This document shows positions 50,255 to 60,434 of a stretch of 64,000 bases of DNA, in pieces. The translations under genes were made by a program, and so were the position numbers. The DNA is from Candidatus Poribacteria bacterium (GTDB taxonomy: Bacteria > Poribacteria > WGA-4E > WGA-3G), in assembly GCA_965205025.1 (NCBI GenBank), contig CBDBFU010000020.1, forward strand, positions 302,072-366,071. Direction: 5' to 3'. How positions within the stretch are numbered: the stretch's first letter is position 1; the number at the start of each line of letters is the position of its first letter. The notes beneath the pieces are model-generated. The model was not told where the DNA came from, made no database searches, and saw only the letters and a program-made list of their open reading frames with translations.

Positions 50255-51046
50255 TCAATATCCCAATTGTCGTAAATATTCGCGGTTAACGGTCATCCGT
50301 TCTTCATCTGTGCGGTCTTCAACCATGCCTGGACATGCTGTAATCCACCGATCATAACCAATATCTTCTAAGGCTTTCATAATACCTGGAAAATCCATAG
50401 CATCACCTTCACCAACATCCACCCAATCTACTTCGTATGAATCTCCATCTCCACCTGAATAACCTGAATAATCTTGCAGATGCATATAAACAAGGACATC
50501 TTTGTATCTATGAATAGATTCAATTGGGTCATACCCCCACAATGCTGAATGTGATACATCTATACATAATTTACACTTTCTTAGAAGACTCATATACTTA
50601 GCCCAATCCTCAATAGAATCTACAGTCGTATTCGTATGAATATGATAGCAGACATCCAGTCCATATCTGAATGCATAATCTGCCCATTCCTCTGATACAT
50701 CTGCAAGTTTCGTAAGATCATCGTTGTTTATTGGACGGTCATCAGGTTTTCCTGCTCCCATGAACATAAAACAATCTGCACCGACTTCTGCAGCAAAATC
50801 AATTCTTCTCTTGTTTAGCTCCATCTGTTCATAATTCTTGTCAATCGGAAGTCCTCGTGCTGTCACTGCAGACACGGGTAAATCAACATTCTCACACATC
50901 CGTCGAATCCTACGTGGTGTGCCTGCCCATTCTAAGGATTGCCGCATCTCCCATCCATCCCATCCAGCCTTCTTGAGTTGCGTAAGCAATTTTTCAAAAT
51001 CAGGTTGTTGCCATCGTAAAGTACTATATCCAAATTTAAATGCCAT
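50255..51046 (-). CDS. Sugar phosphate isomerase/epimerase (IolE-like TIM barrel)
   Basis: GWDGWE, YHIH, IDVSH, HLQD, VGEG..DFP. Confidence 0.85.
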   Translation of the reverse strand: MAFKFGYSTLRWQQPDFEKLLTQLKKAGWDGWEMRQSLEWAGTPRRIRRMCENVDLPVSAVTARGLPIDKNYEQMELNKRRIDFAAEVGADCFMFMGAGKPDDRPINNDDLTKLADVSEEWADYAFRYGLDVCYHIHTNTTVDSIEDWAKYMSLLRKCKLCIDVSHSALWGYDPIESIHRYKDVLVYMHLQDYSGYSGGDGDSYEVDWVDVGEGDAMDFPGIMKALEDIGYDRWITACPGMVEDRTDEERMTVNREYLRQLGY

Positions 51047-51119
51047 AATTTATCTCCTCATAACGCATCATATCAATCCTTTTACATAACTATCAAATTA
51101 TATCAAAATTCCGTAGGAC

Positions 51120-51148
51120 TTGCAATAAATGTTGTGTTTTGATAGACT
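51120..51148 (+). promoter_or_regulatory. Putative sigma70 promoter
   Basis: TTGCAA-N17-TAGACT with TGn. Confidence 0.55.
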
Positions 51149-51197
51149 ATTAAAAACCTATGTATTTATAGTTACGACCTAATCTTAAGGAGATAAT

Positions 51198-52163
51198 ATG
51201 GACAAAGTTAAACTCGGATTTATCGGTACAGGTGGTATGGCAGGTGCACATATGCGTAACCTGAAAGACAACTTTGAGGATGTTGAATTCTGTGCCATGT
51301 GTGATATATCCGAAGACAGAGCAAAAGCACGAGCTGAGGAATATGGTGGTAATGCATATACTGATTACCGTGAGATGTACGATAAAGAAGACCTAAATGC
51401 TGTATATATTTGTACTCCTCCATTCGCACACGGAGAACAGGAACGGATTGCTTGTGAACAAGGTATTGCTATGTTCATTGAAAAACCGATCCATTCTGAA
51501 CTTGAACCTGCTGTCATTATAAATGATCATGTAGAACAGAGCGGTGTGATTACAAGCGTTGGATATCATTGGCGTTATGGTGGTAACGCACAGAATGCGA
51601 AAAAGATGCTTGAAGAACAACCCCAAATTCTCGGGGCACTCGGCTATTGGATGGGTGGCATGCCTGGAACTCCTTGGTGGCGTGTACGTGCTCAATCCGG
51701 TGGACAACATGTTGAACAGACAACTCATATCTTCGACTTGGCACGTTTTCTCGTTGGAAGTGACGGAAAAACTGTCCACGGTGTCGCAAACAGCGGGAGT
51801 ATGACTCATATAGAGAATTACGATGTTGATGATGTTAGTATGGTAAATATCGAATTTGAAAACGGTGCTGTTGCAAACATCGTTTCCGCTTGTGCTTTAG
51901 AAGGGTTCGGACGTGTTCATCTGGAAGTATTTACTCGTGGATTGGTCGTTACGGTCGGTGGACCAAATAACGTTAACAAAAAAGGTGAAACCGAACCCCT
52001 ATCTGGCGATGGTGGAAAAGATCGTGATCGAGTGTTTATTGATGCTGTTAAATCTGGTGATGATTCAGAAATTCTATCACCCTATAGTGATGCATTACAA
52101 ACACTCAGAATTATGCTCGCTGCCAGTACATCATTTGAAACTGGAAAAGCAATTGATCTATAA
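51198..52163 (+). CDS. Gfo/Idh/MocA family oxidoreductase
   Basis: GFIGTGGMA..H, ICTPP..H, IEKP, VGYHWRY, SGG...EQ.TH..D. Confidence 0.93.
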   Translation: MDKVKLGFIGTGGMAGAHMRNLKDNFEDVEFCAMCDISEDRAKARAEEYGGNAYTDYREMYDKEDLNAVYICTPPFAHGEQERIACEQGIAMFIEKPIHSELEPAVIINDHVEQSGVITSVGYHWRYGGNAQNAKKMLEEQPQILGALGYWMGGMPGTPWWRVRAQSGGQHVEQTTHIFDLARFLVGSDGKTVHGVANSGSMTHIENYDVDDVSMVNIEFENGAVANIVSACALEGFGRVHLEVFTRGLVVTVGGPNNVNKKGETEPLSGDGGKDRDRVFIDAVKSGDDSEILSPYSDALQTLRIMLAASTSFETGKAIDL

Positions 52164-52176
52164 GAATCAGTCATAA

Positions 52177-52250
52177 ACAGGTATTTATCCAATTAGAAGA
52201 GTCTAACACCCAACGGGTACAGTCTTTATCAAAATTTGGGTAAATCCTGT
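52177..52250. repeat. Short inverted-repeat element (MITE remnant or hairpin)
   Basis: ACAGGTATTTATCCAA / TTGGGTAAATCCTGT. Confidence 0.4.
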
Positions 52251-52277
52251 ATTTTCATGAAAGAGAGATAAAATATT

Positions 52278-53033
52278 ATGTCAATTAATCAATCCATCTG
52301 TTTTGGTGGTTTCCGTCGAGACAAAGAACCGATAGATGTTATTAAAAAAGCCGCAGACATCGGCTATAAATCAGTTGAAATGTTACCCCAAGAATTGTGG
52401 TCTGTTGTCCAAGATCATGGTATGCGTGTCGGTATTATTGTAGGTCATTCATCCCTCCCATCAGGGTTAAACGATCCTGAAAACCATGATCGAATTGAAG
52501 ATGAATTACTAAAGAATATTGATATTGCAGCAGAAAATGATATCCCCGGGTTAATCTGTTTCTCAGGTAACCGTGAAGGGAGATCAGACGAAGAGGGGCG
52601 TGATAACACAATTGCTGGATTATCACGTGTCACGAAAGCAGCTGAAGAAAAAGGTATTAACCTCAATATTGAGCTGTTGAATAGTAAAGTTAACCACCCA
52701 GATTATCAGTGCGATAAGACTGATTGGGGAGTAGAAGTTTGTAAAGGTGTGGGTTCACCACGAGCTTTATTACTATATGACATTTACCATATGCAAATTA
52801 TGGAAGGTGATTTAATTCGTAATATTACCGATTTTGGTGAATACATCGGACATTATCATACGGCTGGAAATCCGGGACGTCGTGATCTTGATGATGAACA
52901 AGAAATCTACTATCCAGCAGTCATGCGTGCAATTGTTGAAACAGGATATGACCTGTATGTCGGTCACGAGTTCAGTCCTAAAGGTGATCCTTTTGATGCT
53001 ATGCAGCATGCTTACGATGTCTGTAATGTTTAA
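52278..53033 (+). CDS. Hydroxypyruvate isomerase-like TIM barrel protein
   Basis: ICFSGNR, ELLNSKVNHPDY..D, LYDIYHMQIMEGD, HYHTAGNPGR, GHEF. Confidence 0.9.
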   Translation: MSINQSICFGGFRRDKEPIDVIKKAADIGYKSVEMLPQELWSVVQDHGMRVGIIVGHSSLPSGLNDPENHDRIEDELLKNIDIAAENDIPGLICFSGNREGRSDEEGRDNTIAGLSRVTKAAEEKGINLNIELLNSKVNHPDYQCDKTDWGVEVCKGVGSPRALLLYDIYHMQIMEGDLIRNITDFGEYIGHYHTAGNPGRRDLDDEQEIYYPAVMRAIVETGYDLYVGHEFSPKGDPFDAMQHAYDVCNV

Positions 53034-53051
53034 TTTCTACACATAATAACC

Positions 53052-53081
53052 GTTGGAGCGGGTTTCTGTACCCGTTCCAGC
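53052..53081 (+). terminator. Hairpin (terminator or degenerate REP) at the left edge of the RM locus
   Basis: TGGAGCGGGT-TTCTGT-ACCCGTTCCA. Confidence 0.5.
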
Positions 53082-53096
53082 AAATCTCATATTAAT

Positions 53097-55511
53097 ATGA
53101 CACCAGAAGCCAGAGCACGTCAGACTATAGATAACATGCTGGAAGCATCTGGATGGAATATTCAAAATCATGCAGAACATGTAACTGATGCTGCATTTGG
53201 TGTTGCTGTCCGTGAATACCCGTTGATAGATAATCAAAAAGCAGATTATCTTCTATTCCTCGGTGGGGTTGCTGTTGGGGTAATTGAAGCCAAACCAATT
53301 GGAACACATTTAAGTGGAGCTTTACAACAAGCAGAACGGTATCACGCCAGTCTCCCGAACACCTTGCCAACATTGCAGGAGTGCCCCTTTTTATACGCAT
53401 CTACCGGGATTGAGACCTATTTTCTGGATAAGCGAGATCCAGATTCCCGTTCACGACCAGTATTTACATTCCATACACCGACAACACTTAGGAATACCCT
53501 TGACCCCAGAACCCTTCGACAGAGACTTAAAGACGATCTTCCTGATTTAGAACAAGGCAATCTTTGGAATTGCCAGTTTGAAGCTATCACCGAACTTGAA
53601 GCATCTTTTGCCGAATCCCGTCCACGTGCCTTAATCCAGATGGCAACTGGTAGCGGGAAAACTTATGTCGCAGTCAGCAGTGTATACCGATTAATTAAGT
53701 TTGCTGGTGTTAAACGAGTTCTATTTCTTGTAGACCGAAATAATCTCGGCAGACAGGCACTACGTGAGTTTCAAAATTACACAACAACCGATGATGGCAG
53801 GAAATTTACTGAACTTTACAACGTTCATCACATGACCAGCAACATTATTGACGAAACAAGTTCGGTTTGTATTACGACTATCCAACGTCTTTACTCAATG
53901 TTGAGGGGTGAACTTAACTATGAAGAGGAGGATGAGGAGAGTTCTGCATATGAACAGGAAGTAGAAAATTCACCACCACAAGAAATAACCTACAACCCAA
54001 ACTATCCTATTAATACGTTTGACCTAATCATCGTTGATGAATGTCACCGATCTATCTATGGTAAGTGGCGGCATGTGTTGGAATACTTTGACGCTTTCAT
54101 TGTTGGTCTTACTGCAACGCCTTATGCACAAACACTCAATTTTTTCAATCAGAATCTTGTTTATGAATACCGTCACGAAGAAGCAGTTCAAGACAATGTA
54201 AATGTCGGTTATTTCGTTTATAGGATTAAAACAGAAATTACTGAATATGGCAGTATTGTTGTAGCGCGAAGTTATGTAGCAAGACGGGATAGACAGACTC
54301 GACAACTTAACTGGGAAGAATTAGAAGCAGATGAACAATATATAGGAAGGCAGTTAGATAAGGATGTAGTAGCAGAAGACCAGATACGAACAGTCATTCA
54401 GACTTTTAAGGATAAACTTTTTACAGATATCTTCCCCAGCAGAACTAACGTGCCTAAAACCCTTATTTTTGCAAAAGATGACTCACATGCTGAGGATATT
54501 GTCCAAATTGTTAGGGAAGTCTTTGCTAAAGGTGATGATTTCTGCCAAAAGATTACCTACACAAGCGATAGACCGGAAGATCTGATTAGACAATTTCGCA
54601 CACAATTCCATCCACGAATCGCCGTTAGTGTTGATATGATTTCTACGGGAACAGATATCAAACCGCTTGAATGTTTACTTTTTATGCGATCGGTCCGTTC
54701 CAGCGGGTATTTTGAACAGATGATTGGACGGGGTGTAAGAACAATTAGTACAGATGATCTACGAACCGTTACAAGCGATGCAACTACGAAAACACATTTC
54801 ATAATCGTTGATGCTGTCGGTGTATATGAATCTGTCAAAACTGATATGCAACCACGCATAGGTGAGCCATCTGAGTCTAAGTCAACAAATACACGAGAAA
54901 GAAACTCTAACCAATTGATGGATAGTGTAAGTGAAGACCGAGTAATTGAAACTGGATTTGATCCTGGGAGTTATGCTCATGCAGCTACAATAATTCATGA
55001 CTTTAAACAGTTTATTAATGAACACATAGATAAATTTGAAGCACTAAAGATTCTCTGTGAACGTGGGGAAACACAAAACAGATTGACTGAAGACAACTTA
55101 AAAGAATTGGAAGAAGCATTGCAGAATTTTTCCAGTAGTTTGAGTCGAGAATCTCTATGGTCAGCTTATAAAATACGATCATCAGATAGGGTTCATGGAA
55201 GAACAATACGACAGACAGACTACATATCACTGGTACGTTTTGCTATGGAATATAATCGTATTTTAGAACCATTTAGTGCAATCGTCACCCGAAACTTTGC
55301 TAAATGGTTAGAAGGTAAAAACTTCAATCCAGAACAAGTTAACTGGCTTGAATGGATTCAGGAATACATTGCCACATCACTTGATTTTCGAATAACTGAT
55401 TTTGGGGATACACCGTTCGCGCAACGCGGCGGTGTAGCAAGAGCCATTCAACTCTTTGGTGATGATTTAGACGACATGCTAACCGATCTCACACAGAAAT
55501 TGGTTTCTTAA
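53097..55511 (+). CDS. hsdR: Type I restriction enzyme R subunit (EcoEI-like)
   Basis: ADY...IEAK nuclease with Q..RY; MATGSGKT; DECH; TATP; TGTDI; QMIGRG.R; EcoEI-type C-terminus. Confidence 0.93.
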   Translation: MTPEARARQTIDNMLEASGWNIQNHAEHVTDAAFGVAVREYPLIDNQKADYLLFLGGVAVGVIEAKPIGTHLSGALQQAERYHASLPNTLPTLQECPFLYASTGIETYFLDKRDPDSRSRPVFTFHTPTTLRNTLDPRTLRQRLKDDLPDLEQGNLWNCQFEAITELEASFAESRPRALIQMATGSGKTYVAVSSVYRLIKFAGVKRVLFLVDRNNLGRQALREFQNYTTTDDGRKFTELYNVHHMTSNIIDETSSVCITTIQRLYSMLRGELNYEEEDEESSAYEQEVENSPPQEITYNPNYPINTFDLIIVDECHRSIYGKWRHVLEYFDAFIVGLTATPYAQTLNFFNQNLVYEYRHEEAVQDNVNVGYFVYRIKTEITEYGSIVVARSYVARRDRQTRQLNWEELEADEQYIGRQLDKDVVAEDQIRTVIQTFKDKLFTDIFPSRTNVPKTLIFAKDDSHAEDIVQIVREVFAKGDDFCQKITYTSDRPEDLIRQFRTQFHPRIAVSVDMISTGTDIKPLECLLFMRSVRSSGYFEQMIGRGVRTISTDDLRTVTSDATTKTHFIIVDAVGVYESVKTDMQPRIGEPSESKSTNTRERNSNQLMDSVSEDRVIETGFDPGSYAHAATIIHDFKQFINEHIDKFEALKILCERGETQNRLTEDNLKELEEALQNFSSSLSRESLWSAYKIRSSDRVHGRTIRQTDYISLVRFAMEYNRILEPFSAIVTRNFAKWLEGKNFNPEQVNWLEWIQEYIATSLDFRITDFGDTPFAQRGGVARAIQLFGDDLDDMLTDLTQKLVS

Positions 55512-55626
55512 TCTGAATTATGCATATAACATTCTTGATAATAATCGTTTGAATCTGAACAGGACAAGTAGTAAACTGATCCCAAGTATAGACGTTTAAT
55601 TCAAACAGAAATAAGAGATTTTAATA

Positions 55627-57000
55627 ATGACAACTTCATTTCCCGATGATTTGCCAATGACTTGGCAAATGGTTAGATTCGAAAAGGTTGCAAAGTTTAC
55701 GAAAAAACCAAAAGAATTACGATATTCTGAATGTAATGAAATACCCTTTGTTCCGATGAATTTGATTCCAATTGCTACGTTATTTTCAAAGGAATATAAA
55801 CTCAAACGAGTAGATGAAATAAGTAGCGGAACTTATTTTGAACCAGGAGACATTCTACTTGCTAAAATTACTCCATCTTTTGAAAATGGGAAACAGAGTA
55901 TAATTGAGAAATTGCCAACACCCTTTGGTATCGCAACGACTGAGGTAATTCCAATTCGTGAAATTGATGGTGTCAGTAATAAATTCTATCTTTTCTATTA
56001 TTTGTTAGTTCCTAATGTTCGCTCTGTACTTACGGGGAAAATGAAAGGTACAACTGGGAGGTTACGATTAGGAACAAAAACACTTGCAGATTTAGAAATT
56101 CCGCTACCACCACTGGCTGAACAACGCCGCATTGTAGCCAAGTTAGAGACTTTGTTCACACAATTAGACACAGCAGTTGAAGCACTTAAGAAAGCACAAA
56201 CACAGTTGAAAAGTTACCGTCAATCGGTACTCAAATCTGCTTTTGAAGGAGAGTTGACAAAGGAATGGCGCGGCAGAAATTTGGATGAGTCTCAATCAAC
56301 GGAAAATTTAACTGGGTTAACTAAAGAATGGAAGATCACAACTGTAGGATGTGTCATAGAAAAAATATCAATAACTGAAAAAAAACTGAAAAAGAAGGAT
56401 TATACACTTGAAGGGAAATTGCCGGTAATAGATCAAGGATTGTCATTTATCGGTGGATATACAGATAACGAAGAATTACAGGTTGAATGTGAACTACCAG
56501 TCATTGTTTTTGGAGATCATACTAAAGCGATTAAATATGTAGATTTTGACTTTGTAGGTGGAGCTGATGGAATAAAGGTGATAAAATCTCAAGAAATGTA
56601 TCATCCAAAACTGTTTTATTACTTTCTTCAAGCAATTTCAATTCCGGACAGAGGGTATTCCAGACACTATCAATTTTTGGAAAAGGCACAGATACCTATT
56701 CCACCACTGCCTGAACAAGAACAAATTGTCTCTGAGCTTGAGCGTCACCTTTCTGTCGCTGATGAAGCTGAAGCAACTATTGATGCTGAACTCACACGCG
56801 CGGAACGGCTGCGGCAGTCTATCCTCAAGCATGCGTTTTCTGGTAAACTTGTTGCACAAGACCCGAACGATGAATCTGCAAGCGTGTTGTTAGAGAAAAT
56901 CCGAGATGAGAAAGAAGATCAGCAACCGAAGCAAAAAAAGAAAACGACAAAAGTAAAAAGGATATCTTCGGCAAAGCAATTATCACTTCCAATTGACTAA
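55627..57000 (+). CDS. hsdS: Type I RM specificity subunit
   Basis: Two TRDs; PLPPLAEQRRIV; RQSVLKSAFEGEL; RQSILKHAFSGKLV.QDPNDE.A..LLE.I. Confidence 0.93.
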   Translation: MTTSFPDDLPMTWQMVRFEKVAKFTKKPKELRYSECNEIPFVPMNLIPIATLFSKEYKLKRVDEISSGTYFEPGDILLAKITPSFENGKQSIIEKLPTPFGIATTEVIPIREIDGVSNKFYLFYYLLVPNVRSVLTGKMKGTTGRLRLGTKTLADLEIPLPPLAEQRRIVAKLETLFTQLDTAVEALKKAQTQLKSYRQSVLKSAFEGELTKEWRGRNLDESQSTENLTGLTKEWKITTVGCVIEKISITEKKLKKKDYTLEGKLPVIDQGLSFIGGYTDNEELQVECELPVIVFGDHTKAIKYVDFDFVGGADGIKVIKSQEMYHPKLFYYFLQAISIPDRGYSRHYQFLEKAQIPIPPLPEQEQIVSELERHLSVADEAEATIDAELTRAERLRQSILKHAFSGKLVAQDPNDESASVLLEKIRDEKEDQQPKQKKKTTKVKRISSAKQLSLPID

Positions 57001-57035
57001 GTAATATCTTTGCTATACTAATGTTGGAATGGGTT

Positions 57036-57064
57036 TTGTATTTAAGACAAAATCATGTTAAAAT
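57036..57064 (+). promoter_or_regulatory. Putative internal promoter of the cassette inserted in the RM locus
   Basis: TTGTAT-N17-TAAAAT with TGn. Confidence 0.5.
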
Positions 57065-57119
57065 GTTACAGTTGTTAGTTGCTAATTAAACATCATAATG
57101 TAAATAAGAATCTATTAGA

Positions 57120-57416
57120 ATGGCACAGGATAAAATACAAAACAACACGGATATATCCGAGGAAACACAGGAAGCCGATCCACTTTTGGCATTAGCAGGA
57201 ACGCTTGAATGTGATGTCACAGAAATAAAGAAACGGCTCAAAAATACTGTCCGTCCAAAGGCACGAGTAGTTAAAGGACCGTACAAAAACCACCCAGATC
57301 CGCTCATTGCCTTAGCAGGAACGCTGCAATCTGATGTGTCAGACATGGGCGAACGTCACAACGATTATATCAGAGATGCGTTATTGGCAAAATTATGGGG
57401 AGATAAGGATGAATAA
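57120..57416 (+). CDS. Small antitoxin-like protein with duplicated DPL.ALAGTL..DV motif
   Basis: DPLLALAGTLECDVTEI and DPLIALAGTLQSDVSDMGERHNDYI; the DNA is also duplicated; overlaps the next start. Confidence 0.65.
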   Translation: MAQDKIQNNTDISEETQEADPLLALAGTLECDVTEIKKRLKNTVRPKARVVKGPYKNHPDPLIALAGTLQSDVSDMGERHNDYIRDALLAKLWGDKDE

Positions 57417-57822
57417 CGAAGTTGAGTTAGCTCATTCTCCCGCAGATAAGATGAATTTTAAGAAACGCGTGGAATGCGAATTAGATGACATCCGCCAAGA
57501 AGTTGAGGAAGCTTATGCATTGGATAATGAAATTGATCCTGTACCAGATTCGGCTTATGAGAATGCATTCTCTTTAGTTGAGATCCTTTTTTATCATAAT
57601 GTCCCCATGCCTGATATTGGTTGGTTGATGGATGGTGGTATCGGATTTGAATGGCGATCACAAGTTAGTAAAGGGATTGGTACGATGAGCATATATGGTG
57701 ACAATCACGTCGTTTATGGAGCGTCCTTAGAAGAAGGCAAGCGTAAAATCAAAGGCACTTGCTCCATAAATGATTTAGTTCTATCTGTTCGCTTTCTTCC
57801 AATGTTAAAGGACTTGATATGA
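57409..57822 (+). CDS. Hypothetical protein X2 (paralogue of X3, homologue of X1)
   Basis: Start reassigned to ATG 57409 (MNNEVEL, GGAG RBS); ELDDIR.E.E.AYALDNEIDP.PDSAY; PDIGWLMDGGIGFEW. Confidence 0.75.
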   Translation: MNNEVELAHSPADKMNFKKRVECELDDIRQEVEEAYALDNEIDPVPDSAYENAFSLVEILFYHNVPMPDIGWLMDGGIGFEWRSQVSKGIGTMSIYGDNHVVYGASLEEGKRKIKGTCSINDLVLSVRFLPMLKDLI

Positions 57823-57902
57823 ACGTTCCGCCAGAGTTAGTGGGTTAGTACCAATCCCTACAGAATAAACCTTTTTCAAAATACTCATAAAGGTAACATA
57901 AT

Positions 57903-58319
57903 ATGGAAACTTTACAAAAAGAACATAATCTCCCTTTACCGCCAGCAGATAAGGTGCTGTTTCTGAAACATGTGCAACGCGAATTAGACGACATCCGGAA
58001 AGAAGCTGAGCACGCTTATGCATTGGATAACGAGATTGACCCAATCCCTGATTCTGCTTATGATGATGTATCTGTTTTGTTAGAATTTCTTTGTAATTAC
58101 AAGATTCCAATGCCAGAAATTAGTTGGGCAGAAGATGGCAGTCTAAGTGTTGGATGGTACCCAGATGAAGGCATGGTAACAATGGGGATATATGGGGACA
58201 ATCTTGTCATATATAATGCCTACTTTGAAGAAAAACGTCAATTAGAAGGAATCTGTGATTTATCAGATACCCCCGTGTTGTCAGGTTTTCTCACAACATT
58301 GACAAATATCCTCAAATAA
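57903..58319 (+). CDS. Hypothetical protein X3
   Basis: Clear paralogue of X2; PEISWAEDGSLSVGWY. Confidence 0.75.
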   Translation: METLQKEHNLPLPPADKVLFLKHVQRELDDIRKEAEHAYALDNEIDPIPDSAYDDVSVLLEFLCNYKIPMPEISWAEDGSLSVGWYPDEGMVTMGIYGDNLVIYNAYFEEKRQLEGICDLSDTPVLSGFLTTLTNILK

Positions 58320-58330
58320 GGATTGTTGTT

Positions 58331-58750
58331 ATGAATGTTTCGCCGGGTGAGATACTCACCCGTTTTATTCGTTATAACAGTCACTTTTCTGTTGTGACTA
58401 ACAGAGTTAAACCTGATGCTTTTCTTCCACATAAAAAGCGTATTGATGTATCCGTGTTTCGCATTTCAGGACTCAATGACAGGGCAGAACTCTCAAAAAA
58501 CGAGGTATGGCAAATTGGGTGGGAATATGTTCAAACAGAAGAAAGACCTATAAAAGCAAGAGCTGATCTTTCGGCTGCCATTGTTTATGAGAATAATCTT
58601 GAAGTTGTTCCAGATGAACCGCCTCAAAGGCACGCGAACATCACACCTTTTCCTATAGAGAAAAGTCCTACAGACAGGAAAACACGTAGATCCATCGCAA
58701 TGAAACTGGCTAACGCAAGTAAATTAGTTATTCAACCAGAAAAGATATGA
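58331..58750 (+). CDS. Hypothetical protein Y2, putative ART-like fold toxin
   Basis: E.LTRFI...VKPDAF...VSVFR...VVPDEPP.RHANI...KLA; homologue of 42248..42721. Confidence 0.7.
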   Translation: MNVSPGEILTRFIRYNSHFSVVTNRVKPDAFLPHKKRIDVSVFRISGLNDRAELSKNEVWQIGWEYVQTEERPIKARADLSAAIVYENNLEVVPDEPPQRHANITPFPIEKSPTDRKTRRSIAMKLANASKLVIQPEKI

Positions 58751-58776
58751 TTTCAGTATGATCAATTGAGATACAC

Positions 58777-60243
58777 ATGACCAACGAATCCGCAGCAATT
58801 GTACAAAAACTATGGAATTTCTGTAATGTACTCCGAGATGATGGAGTCAGTTACGGAGATTATGTAGAACAACTCACATATCTGCTTTTTCTCAAACTCG
58901 CTGACGAACAGAACAAACTGCCTACCGACACATCCTCTAAAATACCTACTGGTTTAGATTGGGAAAGTCTGCTTAAAGAGAACGGTGCTGCGTTAGAGGA
59001 ACAATATGTCAAAATCCTTCGAGAATTGAGTAATGAGAAAGGTCTACTTGGTGTGATCTTTCGAAAATCGCAAAATCGCATTCAGACACCTGCACACCTT
59101 CAACGACTTATCAATCTCATCGATGGTGAAAACTGGAGTGCAATGGATGCTGATATCAAAGGTACAATTTACGAAGGACTTTTACAGAAAAACGCTGAAG
59201 ACACAAAAAGCGGAGCAGGACAATACTTCACGCCTCGTCCACTCATCAAAGCAATCGTTGAGGTTATGCAACCAAAACCGATGAAAACGATCTGTGATCC
59301 AGCATGCGGTACAGGTGGTTTTTTCCTTGCAGCACACGAGTACATATCAGAAAAACATCGTACAACATTAACTCGTGAACAGAAACAGTTTCTAAAATTA
59401 GAGACCTTCGCTGGAACAGATATCGTTGACAATGTTGTCCGTCTTTGTGTCATGAATCTATATCTGCACGGTATTGAAGGAGAGGAAAGTCCAATTACAA
59501 CCAATGATAGTCTCGGCAAAGATTCAGGGAAACGCTACGATATGGTGTTGACAAATCCACCGTTCGGTAGCAAAAGTAGCGTTACAATCGCTACCGATGG
59601 AGAAAAACGGAGCAATACATCCCATACGTATGAACGCGATGATTTTTGGGCGACAACATCAAATAAACAGTTCAACTTCCTACAACATATCAAGACGGTT
59701 TTGAAAGAAGATGGTCGCGCTGCTGTGGTTTTACCAGACAACGTTCTCTTTGAACGAGGCGCGGGTGAAACAATTCGCAGGCAATTATTAAAACTTTTTA
59801 ATGTCCATACGTTGTTGCGATTGCCTACCGGTATCTTTTACGCGCAAGGTGTCAAGGCAAACGTTCTCTTTTTTGACAAGCGTCCGGCGCGTGAAGAACC
59901 GTGGACACAGAAACTCTGGATATATGATCTACGGACAAACAAACGTTTTACGCTCAAGACAAATCCTTTACGTGAAAGTGATCTACAAGATTTTATTGAT
60001 GTCTACAATCCAGAGAACCGTCATAAACGGGTTGAATCCGAACGTTTTCGGGCTTTCAGTTACGAAGAATTGGTCAAGCGAGAACATGCAAATCTTGACA
60101 TTTTTTGGCTGAAAGAAGATTCACTTGAGGATATAACAGATCTACCATCTCCAGATATATTGGCTATGGAAATAACTGAGAATTTAGAAACTGCTTTGAA
60201 TCTATTTCAGAATCTCAAAATAGAAATAGACAAAAATGAATAA
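58777..60243 (+). CDS. hsdM: Type I RM N6-adenine methyltransferase
   Basis: KLWNFCNVLRDDG, GAGQYFTPR, DPACGTGGF, NPPF, LRLPTGIFYAQGVK. Confidence 0.95.
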   Translation: MTNESAAIVQKLWNFCNVLRDDGVSYGDYVEQLTYLLFLKLADEQNKLPTDTSSKIPTGLDWESLLKENGAALEEQYVKILRELSNEKGLLGVIFRKSQNRIQTPAHLQRLINLIDGENWSAMDADIKGTIYEGLLQKNAEDTKSGAGQYFTPRPLIKAIVEVMQPKPMKTICDPACGTGGFFLAAHEYISEKHRTTLTREQKQFLKLETFAGTDIVDNVVRLCVMNLYLHGIEGEESPITTNDSLGKDSGKRYDMVLTNPPFGSKSSVTIATDGEKRSNTSHTYERDDFWATTSNKQFNFLQHIKTVLKEDGRAAVVLPDNVLFERGAGETIRRQLLKLFNVHTLLRLPTGIFYAQGVKANVLFFDKRPAREEPWTQKLWIYDLRTNKRFTLKTNPLRESDLQDFIDVYNPENRHKRVESERFRAFSYEELVKREHANLDIFWLKEDSLEDITDLPSPDILAMEITENLETALNLFQNLKIEIDKNE

Positions 60244-60351
60244 CATACACATCACTTTAATTGGACAAATCAAAAGATCGAACAAATTCCAAGAAATACA
60301 CAGAAAAACCAGATTATATACTATTAGTAATATTTTGTATAGCATTCGTGA

Positions 60352-60434
60352 TTCACGGAAAATTGGCATAATTGAATTTAAAAACCCTTATAGAATAAGG
60401 GTTCGTAGAATTGCTCCGTGAAGGTTTCCGTGAA
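60352..60434. repeat. Palindrome flanked by short repeats at the right edge of the RM locus
   Basis: TTCACGGAA ... AACCCTTA-TAGAA-TAAGGGTT ... TCCGTGAA GG TTTCCGTGAA. Confidence 0.55.

Noticed and set aside
57334-57408. Upstream extension of ORF 57334..57822
   Set aside because: It overlaps the preceding gene; the paralogue X3 and the RBS support ATG 57409.
60236-60421. 61-aa ORF after hsdM
   Set aside because: It has no recognisable motif and spans a palindromic repeat site, so it is treated as non-coding.
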